The notes below the pieces were generated by a model, which ran no database searches, had not been told where the DNA came from, and saw nothing but the letters and a program-made list of their open reading frames with translations. A stretch of 64,000 nt of DNA from Histomonas meleagridis 2922-C6/04-290x. Its lineage: Eukaryota > Protista > Parabasalia. The position numbers were made by a program, and so were the translations under genes. Positions 55,117 through 64,000 of this stretch are shown piece by piece; positions within the stretch are counted from its first letter, which is position 1; the number at the start of each line of letters is the position of its first letter. Where the stretch lies: positions 434,001 through 498,000 of the forward strand of contig JAANOX010000142.1 of assembly GCA_020184695.1 (NCBI GenBank), given 5' to 3'.

Positions 55117-57323
55117 ATGAAAAGTTCAATGCTTATTGCACCATATTTATTTTATATTTTCTTCTTCATTTGCAAAGGACTTTACGTTGAAGCATGCCTT
55201 AACAAAACAAATACAAATAGTGACGTATACCTCAATTGGACATATTCTAAAAATCAATCTGAGTATTATAAAATTTTTCAAAGGCAAAGAGATGCAAATG
55301 GCAATTGGATGGATTGGTACCAAATTAGTGTACGTGAAGTGATACACCTTTGAATGTTTTAAATATATATCCAAGTCAAATTGATGGTGATAATGGTCAA
55401 AGGTCCAGATATACGTCATCATCCTACTATACTCGTGAAGTTGATTTTCAATTTGGTAGTGATCTAACATTTCATCATTTACCAAAATCAGCTTCACTCA
55501 AAGTTTGGATGGAAGGGGGTACAATAAAAGATGATGATGAAGTCGCGTCGTTTAACCCTATTGGAGTTGACCCGAACACTAGTAAACAATTAATTTCTGT
55601 CACGTTAATGTCGATCAATGATTTCGAAGACAACGTTTCAAATGATCCAAGTTTTATATATGAATACGACGTAATATTTATTGGTTCATGGGATGCGAAT
55701 TCATGTTACAATATTAAAACGGAAACAGCTAAAGGGATACTTACTGAGTATATATCCAAAGGATATGGTGTTATTGCAGGTCATGATACAATTACACATG
55801 ATTGGAATGTTAATGATACTGATGTTAGTTTACTTTCCATCAGAGAACTCTTTGGTATTACATCTCGTGGGACTGAAGATAATTACACATATCCTAACGG
55901 TACAATTGGAAATCCTGATTATCAAAATATTTTTTCCACAAACATTTTCTTGCGTAAGAAAGGACATATCACAAATTATCCATATCAAATAGGAAACATT
56001 GGAAATAATTTCGCAATTCGCCTTACACACACAACATTCCATGCAACTATAGGCGATGTTTGGTTTTCTTTTGATAACATTGATGCTTATTTGGATGAAT
56101 TTGGACTGCAACATAATTTTTATCTCACGACATACAAAAATACAGCTTTAATTCAAATAGGGCATAGTGATGGTGAAACAAATGAAATAGAACAGAAAAT
56201 CCTTGCGAACACAATACTTTATATGAAACAAAGAACTTCTAAATGTTCTGTGATTGATAATTCATTAATAGATTATGAGCCACCAATTATTCACAATTTG
56301 ATATATTTTAATTCTACACTTCAAATTATATCAGAAGATATTGGAACAGAATATCAATATAAAGTTGAATCGTATGATATGTCAAATAATTTAGCATCCG
56401 TATCAAATGAAGTAAATCTAATGTATGCAACCGGAATAGAATATTATAAATATATAATTACAACAACATTAAATGTATCAATTAACGATTTGACAGAAAT
56501 TACATATGAGACTTTTATTCCAATCAAACCAGATGAAATACAAAATATAACATATGTTCATATTGTAGGCGTTGATTACAGTGGAAACATTGGAAATATT
56601 AAATCATTTGAAATATCGTCATTAATTACAACACAAACATTTACAAAATCAAACACATTTACTAAAAGTAATACATTTACAAAATCAAACACATTCACTC
56701 AAAGTAACACATTAACTGAATCAAACACATTCACTAAAAGTAACACATTAACTGAATCAAATTCATTTACCCAAAGTAACACATTTACTGAATCAAATAT
56801 AATAAATTCGTCACATTTAAATGAATTTTCATATTCTCTGACAATTACATTTTTATATTCTTTAACAATAACACAAACGATAACTTATGATTCATCGTAT
56901 TTCCATACATATTCTCTTTCACAGATGGGATCAATATTAAGTTATATTCAAACAAAACTTATTTCTTATTATTATTCATTTGTTGTATATACATTTTATC
57001 AAGTTTATTATAGTGATTATTTTACACTTATAAATTTACAAGAAAATTTAAATAATTTTAATAACAATAATAATCAAACGATAATAATTATAATAATAAT
57101 TGTTTGCATAGTAATAATTATAATTATTATTATTGTTATAATTGTTTTTATGGTTCATAAAAGAAATCAAAAAGAATCAAATAAATCTTCCAACCTAAAT
57201 GGTATTGAAGAAAAAGAACAAGAAAATCTTTTCGAGGCAGGAAACACATTTTCAGATATTGAAGAAGATCCATTTGCTGTTGATTTTGTTGAAAATAATA
57301 ACATAAACAAGAAATGGATATAA
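55117..57323 (+). CDS. Type-I membrane protein with a DUF5057-like ectodomain and NTFTKS stalk; one frameshift at ~55337
   Basis: Signal and N-terminus lie in the 55117-55353 frame (LNWTYSKNQSEYYKIFQRQ...W, homologous to LNWSKVKG...YQRKDGGDW of the 30754 gene). The remainder is in the 55350-57323 frame, and one extra base at cgtgaagtgat joins them. About 9 NTFxxS units, a TM and an EEDPFAVDF tail. Confidence 0.7.
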
Positions 57324-58486
57324 AAACAACCATTTGCTTCGAATTAAAACATTTTTAAAAATAACTTAATATTAAGGATACTTTAAATTTTAATAATTTA
57401 GTAATATAAATTTAAATGTACATTATTATGCATAATTATAAAGGAAGTATGAAAAAAACAATTTAAAGCCAAAAATTCAACCGCTTTTGATCGACCAATA
57501 AATTGAGAAGATAATCGGTTGTATATATGACGGCTTACGATTAAATTGCATTTAATCGTAAACTTTTTCATAAAAAAGACAGTTTTTTTACAGGGAGGAA
57601 ACTGTGAGAATATTAATATATGACAATTGTAAAATAATACTGACAAATAATATTCTAGGATTAAATTCGTTTGCTTTAAGAAAATAAAAAATTTTGTTCT
57701 GATATATTAAAGTAAAAATAGAAGTACAACAATAACACTATTAAATGATTACGAAATTATTATTAAATAAACCTGTAATATAATATATAATATATTTCAT
57801 TGCAACTTGACCAACATATAACAGAATAATTTGGTTAACTGAATATTTTATAACTGTGAGTTTTTATCAATTAAAAATACGCTTTCTCTGATGTTTGTAT
57901 TCAAATGAGTATATACCATTATACACACTGAATTTATATGAATCAATTAAATGATTTGTAATTAATGAGACTTTTTCATATACATAAAATTTTATGTTTC
58001 CATGCAATCGTTGAGATATTATTGAAAGGAAACCAAATTTAAAAAGATAACAAGTGCACAGATCAGACGGAAAAAATAGAAAAACGCATCTAAACGAGTT
58101 TGATTTCTTTATTTATCATTAAATTTAAAGATTGTCTTCAGAATGCATTTGAACATGTTAAGAGTTGATAAACATCTTCACGACAAAAAGTATTTTATGT
58201 ACAATGCCTTACGAAGATTTTATCGTGATGGCTATTTGGTGCATGAAGAGAAAACAATCGAATTCTTTAGGATGCATAAAATTTTTACTGAATTCATTAA
58301 TGTGATCATTGATGAGAAAATATTTTTATATTTCAATGTTAATATTAAATGTAAATTAAACAGAATTTTATATATTTAGTAAAAATTATATAAAAATGAT
58401 AATGAATTCGACGATGTAAAGAATATGTCAAATGAAGAAATTCATAATTTATATAAACATTGATGAATGATATAATTAAAAATTAT

Positions 58487-60229
58487 TTATATTTGAATGT
58501 GATTATCAAATTCATTATCTTGGAAATCATTCGCAAATGGATCTTCTTCAATATGATTCATCTGAATGTTTATGATTTTGTGATCGATAACATTTCCTTC
58601 ATTTTGATAATTTTGATAATTTTTATTATTTTGACAATTTTGATAATTTTCGTCATTTTCTTCGTTCATTTCGTTTTCGTCAAATGATGGTGAATTTTTT
58701 TGATGTTTTCGGCGATAAATATAAAGAATAAGAATAAAACAAAAAATGATTAGAACAATAATAACAACACAAATAATTATAAGAATATTATGTTCAGTAT
58801 CATTTTGAAAATTTTCTTCGTTTTCGTTGATAATATAATAATATTTCGAATAAAATGAATATGATATTAAATATTGAATAATTGTATATTTATAAAATAT
58901 GAATTCTGAATACGTGAAATAACGATTTAAATTACTAAATGTTAAATATAATGATCGCGATAAAAATGTATTAATAAGAAGTGTTTTCGTATTTGTTATA
59001 GTTTGAATTAATACAAATGAATAAGTTAAAGATTCACTATTTAGAAATGTTTCATAAAATGTATTCGATTTAGTAAATGTATTTGATTTAGTAAATGTAT
59101 TTGATTTAGTAAATGTATTTGATTTAGTAAATGTATTTGATTTAGTAAATGTATTTGATTTAGTAAATGTATTTGATTTAGTAAATGTATTTGTTGGTCT
59201 ATTCAATGTAAAATTATAATGATATATGGTTAGAGTTTTAATTTCAGCAGAATCATATCGTTTATAAAATGTTTCTCCATTTATTGTTGTTTTAAGTGTT
59301 AATTCTTCATATTTTTGTGCAAGAACATATACATTATAAACTCTTGTGCCTCGTGAAACATCATTCGTATATTCTCCATTCGTAATTTCATAGTCATTAA
59401 TAATACTTGCATTAGAATCAGCACTGACTGCACGTGTCTTAACATTAAATGTGCCTTCGTGCTTTAATCCACTAATATAAAATCGCCAATTCGTTGATGA
59501 TATTTCATTCGGATCGAATCCAGATCCAAGTTGAATTGTAATTTCAAGAATTGGTGTTATAGGAGACACTTGAATTTGAGCATCATCTTTTCCGTAATAA
59601 GTATATGATGTTCCTGCAAGGATGTTTAATTGTTCCTTTGCTGATGATGTTTGCACGACATTAGTATTAATAATTTTATATCCTTGTGAATTCACATCTG
59701 AAAAATATGGATAATATAAAGTAAATATTATTGTTTCATCTCGATCTTCAAAATAAATACCAGTTCGTATTATATCATTACTCCAAGTGCATTGCTTATT
59801 TATGTACTTAAATTCCATGTTAGTTATGGGTGCATCAACAATTGTAAACCCAAATTTGTCACCGTTTTGGAATCTTCCATAAGAAATAAGCTCAAACCAA
59901 ATTGTATCGTCTGACGCAAGAAGTTTTTCGTTCTTATTATTCATTTGTATATCAGTGCCATCGATTTTATCATCATTTTTGTTGAAAATTAAACGAAAAT
60001 TTTCATTTAAATTAGATGTTTGTAAGTTAGAAATGGAATTTTTGTTATATTTATCATACAGCTTTTTGTTTTTTTCTTCTAATATATTATTTTGTGTTTT
60101 ATTGTGTTTGAAGAATCGAAAAAAATCTTTCGAAATTTTAAAATTTGATTGATGTAAATCTGAATTATTTGCGACACATGAAGCATCACTGCCAAATATA
60201 ATTATCAATATACTTAATACGATATTCAT
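58487..60229 (-). CDS. Type-I membrane/surface protein, NTFTKS-stalk family, copy D
   Basis: A-type N-terminus and B-type C-terminus, with 7 perfect NTFTKS units. Start chosen by homology (ATG 60229); there is an alternative ATG at 60262, and the track start 60268 is TTG. Confidence 0.85.
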   Translation of the reverse strand: MNIVLSILIIIFGSDASCVANNSDLHQSNFKISKDFFRFFKHNKTQNNILEEKNKKLYDKYNKNSISNLQTSNLNENFRLIFNKNDDKIDGTDIQMNNKNEKLLASDDTIWFELISYGRFQNGDKFGFTIVDAPITNMEFKYINKQCTWSNDIIRTGIYFEDRDETIIFTLYYPYFSDVNSQGYKIINTNVVQTSSAKEQLNILAGTSYTYYGKDDAQIQVSPITPILEITIQLGSGFDPNEISSTNWRFYISGLKHEGTFNVKTRAVSADSNASIINDYEITNGEYTNDVSRGTRVYNVYVLAQKYEELTLKTTINGETFYKRYDSAEIKTLTIYHYNFTLNRPTNTFTKSNTFTKSNTFTKSNTFTKSNTFTKSNTFTKSNTFTKSNTFYETFLNSESLTYSFVLIQTITNTKTLLINTFLSRSLYLTFSNLNRYFTYSEFIFYKYTIIQYLISYSFYSKYYYIINENEENFQNDTEHNILIIICVVIIVLIIFCFILILYIYRRKHQKNSPSFDENEMNEENDENYQNCQNNKNYQNYQNEGNVIDHKIINIQMNHIEEDPFANDFQDNEFDNHIQI

Positions 60230-60724
60230 TTGCAGCACATTAAACTGTAAAACGATGCACATAGTCAAACCATTTTGAAAGTAATCGATCGTTAAGGGAG
60301 AACGATCGCTTATAACGGTTAATTAAATGAAGATTTATGTTTTTGAGAAATTTGGCTGAACCTACATACAAAAAAATAATAAATAAATAATAAGATCAGA
60401 TAAACTTCGTTTTTTCAAATAAAAAAATCTCACTAAGAATCAAATAGATTTTTGAAAATATTATAAAAATGATTCCATTTACTATTTTTCTTGATTTTTG
60501 AAAAAGATTATTATAAAACTGAAGAAATTTTCCTATATAATATCGAATTAAACTCATCAATACCTTTAATATTTTTTGATATGTCGAAGTTTTGTGTGTC
60601 TTCTTCGTGTACAACATTTGACCAAATTATCGAAATACTCAAAAATTCGAATTTTCTCTTAGCGCAAACAAAAGATATAATCATAAACGATTTTTATTTG
60701 ATACAAAAAAATATTTTTCATATG

Positions 60725-63700
60725 TTAGTATTCGAATTCAGAATCTGATATAGAACAATCTGAACTTTGCGAAGGCTTCGATTCATTTAATTTTTCGTTC
60801 AGTTTCTTATTCTCTTCTTTCAACGATTCAATTTCTTCTTTTAATTCTTTTTGTTTTTCGGTCATTGTTTTCACTGTTTTATTTAGTGATTCCACTTTCC
60901 GCTTTGCTTGATATAACACATCCGAATATTCTTTGATATTTAATGCATACAACATTTCATCTCTGAAATTCCTCAAAGAGTTAAATTCTTCGACTAATGC
61001 TTTTAATGATTCGACTCGTAAATCTGTAAGAATTTTTTGGACATCATTATTTTTTAATTGTCTTATTGTATTTAATGCATCACTAAATGTTTTAACGCCC
61101 AAAATTTCATATAATTCTTCTTTGGATTTCTTAAAATTGTGAAATTGTTCTTTTAATTCTTCAATTGATGTCACTTTTAGCTCGTCATTAACGTTCTTCA
61201 GTTTTTTAACGGCCTCTTTAATTGAATCGACATTCAAATATTTGAATAGTTTGGCACTTTTCTCGTTGACCGTTTTTGTGATTTTTATTTTATCTTTCAT
61301 TTCATTTATCGAATTGACTTCCATAACACTGAATATATTTCTTTGGACTTCAGTCAATTCTCTTATTGAATTATTTACATGTTTAATTTTTGCTAATGCT
61401 TTATCCATTGAATCAATTTTCAAAATTCCATAAATATCATCTCTAAACTTCCGAAGAATTTCATATTGTTTCATAAGTTCATCGAATGAATTTACTCCGA
61501 ATTTATCGAATAATTCATTTGGCGGAACATTTCGCATTTCATTAATTTCCTTATGAAGTTCTTCATTTCGTATTTTTGTTTCGACATTTGACTTCTTAAG
61601 TTCCTTAAGTTGAGATTTGATATCTTCGATACTTATTGTCTTTTGCTTGTTCTCTTCTTCAGTGTTACCTTTGATGATGTTTGAGATGTCGTTGATTGCA
61701 GACCTTAATAATTTGTTTTCGTTTTGAAGTGCTTTGATATGTTCTTCTTTCTTATCATTATCAGCGCTCATAGAGTTAAACATTTCTTGGAAATTGTTAC
61801 GTTGTTTTGTGATGTTTATAATTTGTTCCTTTAATTCATGTACCTTTTGCTTACATTCTGTGATGGAATTAGCTCCAAGTGCATCAAAGAGATCTCTGAA
61901 GTTGTTGTTTGCATTATTAATGATAAAGCCTTGCGCATGTTGTGAAGGTTGTCTTTGGATTTGTTGAGATGAAAAATCAGTCGATTCTTGTGAACGTGTA
62001 ATGAATCCTTGTTGTGGACTTTGGCGTAATATTTGTTGTTGTTGTTGAGGATTCGTTTGGAGACTTTGTCGTAATATTTGTTGTGATGAAAAATCAGTCG
62101 ATTCTTGTGACCGAGCAATAAATCCTTGTTGTGGACTTTGGCGTAACATTTGTTGTTGTTGTTGTTGAGGATTTGGTTGCATTCTTTGGCGTAATATTTG
62201 TTGTTGTTGAATCCTTTGTTGAATTAATGGGTTAGGTTTAATATATCCTTCTTTTCCAAAGCGAATCTTATATGTCTGTCCTGCTTGACTTATTATTCTA
62301 ACGACAGTATTCTTATCTAGTTCGAAAACCTTTTTTAATTTCCCAGGGTCATCAAAGACGTCACATTTTTCTATCGTCTGCGCGCTCTCGGCGCCTTTGA
62401 TGCTCAATTTTGACATGTCTACAAAACCGATGACGATATAACATATTCGAGTGAAATTCGGATTACTTTCGATTACTTGAATCTTATTAAAGTTTTGTTG
62501 TGTTAATTTAAATGACAAATTACTTAAGTCAGAACTTGTATATACTTGAATTTCATTTTGTACAATATTAATACGATTAATACCATTATTATTAATTCTT
62601 TGTATTTGTTGTAATTGAGGATTTTGTTGTCTATTATCAACTTGAGGCTTTTGATAATTAATTTTCTTAAGTTCATTTTGAACAGCGTTTTTAAATTCTT
62701 CATTACGTTGAACAGTTATTATTTCATTTGATCGAATAGGCTTAAGATTATCATCAAGTTTTAATTCATATTTTTCATTATTCTTTTGGATTATATTACC
62801 AACGAAATTCTCTTTTGAACAAATTCCATTATTCCGAATATTAAAACTAAATTCTTCTTCTGTAATGAATGTATTATATTTAATTTGTGGATTACCTTTT
62901 GTAAATATATCAAATGTTTTATCACATTTGATGACATTGTTTAATATCATTGGTTGTGCTCCATTATATATCGAAAATGGATATTTCTTGCAATTCATTA
63001 TATGACAATCACGAATTAAACTTTTGTTCAAGTCAGAAAGAGAAAAAGCATTAGAATCAACTCCATCAATATAGACATTAACAAAGGATGGAACAGAACA
63101 ATCACGTGCAACAACTGCAAACGAATGACAATTCTTGATAATGGTCTTAAAGATAACGGGATTTGATAAGTTCCCAAAACATGCAATTGGTGGAAAATGG
63201 AAATTAATAAATCGTGATAAATAGACATAACCGGTGGAACATTCGAAATTTGCTCCGTTCCCGCCGCAGTTATCAAAGGTACAGCGTTCGATTTGGGCAC
63301 TGCTTTCTTTCATTGCATGGATTGACGAATTTTTGACATTGAGGAAAATGCAATTGGATGTGTATATTAAGGATTTGTCAGCAATCGAAATACCACCCCC
63401 TTGACAATCTTCAAAGCGAGTGTTGAAGACATGAGCTTGTGATTGTTGTAATATGAAGATGGCTTTACCTAATTGTTCAGAAAATAATGAGTTACGAATA
63501 ATACCGGAGGCGTTACGGTAAAGATATAATGAAAATTTGTCAGCTGTTTTAAATGTACAATCATAAACTTCAACTCGAGAAGAATCCATGACTAAAAGTG
63601 AGGTGCTTTTGCTCCTGGAAAATTTACACCTGGTAAGAACACCTTCTGAGCGATCTCGAAAAACTACGCTGGATTTGGAACTGGATAGAAATTTGCAATT

Positions 63701-63988
63701 CTCAAACTTACCATAAGAATTGGCAAATATTTCAATGGAACATTCAATGTTAGGATCAAATGGACAGAAGCGACAGTTTTTGGCTATTAAGGTCGATCGT
63801 GCTGTAACATGAATTTTACAATTTAAAACAAGATTTTCCATAGTTGTAACACCGGCATTAATTGTAAGCCATTTTATATTGACATGTGAGACTTTAAGAA
63901 GAGAGGTTAAATATATGTTTCGCCGAAAAGTTATTTCTTCAATAGTTTGACAATCTTTTAAAAACAATGGGCCGTCTAAGGTTGTCAT
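60725..63988 (-). CDS. Right-handed parallel beta-helix (pectin-lyase-like) protein with Gln-rich duplicated linker and repetitive coiled-coil C-terminus
   Basis: N-terminal ~400 aa of I.NC.F / CTF..C / GI.I repeats. Duplicated QQQILRQSPQQGFI[A/T]RSQESTDFSSQ. Recurring L[G/N/K]V.S..E helical units. Confidence 0.8.
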   Translation of the reverse strand: MTTLDGPLFLKDCQTIEEITFRRNIYLTSLLKVSHVNIKWLTINAGVTTMENLVLNCKIHVTARSTLIAKNCRFCPFDPNIECSIEIFANSYGKFENCKFLSSSKSSVVFRDRSEGVLTRCKFSRSKSTSLLVMDSSRVEVYDCTFKTADKFSLYLYRNASGIIRNSLFSEQLGKAIFILQQSQAHVFNTRFEDCQGGGISIADKSLIYTSNCIFLNVKNSSIHAMKESSAQIERCTFDNCGGNGANFECSTGYVYLSRFINFHFPPIACFGNLSNPVIFKTIIKNCHSFAVVARDCSVPSFVNVYIDGVDSNAFSLSDLNKSLIRDCHIMNCKKYPFSIYNGAQPMILNNVIKCDKTFDIFTKGNPQIKYNTFITEEEFSFNIRNNGICSKENFVGNIIQKNNEKYELKLDDNLKPIRSNEIITVQRNEEFKNAVQNELKKINYQKPQVDNRQQNPQLQQIQRINNNGINRINIVQNEIQVYTSSDLSNLSFKLTQQNFNKIQVIESNPNFTRICYIVIGFVDMSKLSIKGAESAQTIEKCDVFDDPGKLKKVFELDKNTVVRIISQAGQTYKIRFGKEGYIKPNPLIQQRIQQQQILRQRMQPNPQQQQQQMLRQSPQQGFIARSQESTDFSSQQILRQSLQTNPQQQQQILRQSPQQGFITRSQESTDFSSQQIQRQPSQHAQGFIINNANNNFRDLFDALGANSITECKQKVHELKEQIINITKQRNNFQEMFNSMSADNDKKEEHIKALQNENKLLRSAINDISNIIKGNTEEENKQKTISIEDIKSQLKELKKSNVETKIRNEELHKEINEMRNVPPNELFDKFGVNSFDELMKQYEILRKFRDDIYGILKIDSMDKALAKIKHVNNSIRELTEVQRNIFSVMEVNSINEMKDKIKITKTVNEKSAKLFKYLNVDSIKEAVKKLKNVNDELKVTSIEELKEQFHNFKKSKEELYEILGVKTFSDALNTIRQLKNNDVQKILTDLRVESLKALVEEFNSLRNFRDEMLYALNIKEYSDVLYQAKRKVESLNKTVKTMTEKQKELKEEIESLKEENKKLNEKLNESKPSQSSDCSISDSEFEY

Positions 63989-64000
63989 TTTATGATTGGA

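Noticed and set aside
60286-60308. 8-bp hairpin cgatcgtt-aagggag-aacgatcg at the duplication edge upstream of copy D
   Set aside because: A single short stem, not conserved in copy A, and compatible with chance.

Overview
This is a very AT-rich, gene-dense eukaryotic window with no recognisable spliceosomal introns. It looks parabasalid, most likely Tritrichomonas-like, based on DUF3447-type ankyrin genes, BspA-like LRR remnants, M3/M5 core promoters on ribosomal-protein genes and a bacterial-type PFK. Housekeeping genes are RPS3, RPLP1, RPS17, TOR, CCDC93, an Hsp70, a Tul1/Dsc1-like RING E3, a TKL kinase and tRNA-Leu(UAA). They are interleaved with accessory material: four mosaic copies of a type-I membrane protein family carrying an NTFTKS stalk, two related surface proteins with a probably bacterial-derived ectodomain, BspA pseudogenes and a decayed TIR transposon. 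The main finding is an ankyrin gene at 6003-9974. Its 17 stop-free ankyrin modules are each preceded by an AT-rich spacer of usually exactly 80 nt (170-nt period). The spacers break the reading frame, often contain stops, carry a conserved hairpin and have no workable GT-AG boundaries or parabasalid branch-point motif. The same module/spacer unit recurs at a paralogous locus about 26 kb away. This points to a non-canonical intron, translational bypass or DNA-cassette mechanism, none of which can be proven from sequence alone. A full-length T4 Rnl2/REL-type RNA ligase (47530-48534) also lies in the window; a link to the spacers is speculative. Several ORF-track starts are TTG and were moved to the first plausible ATG.
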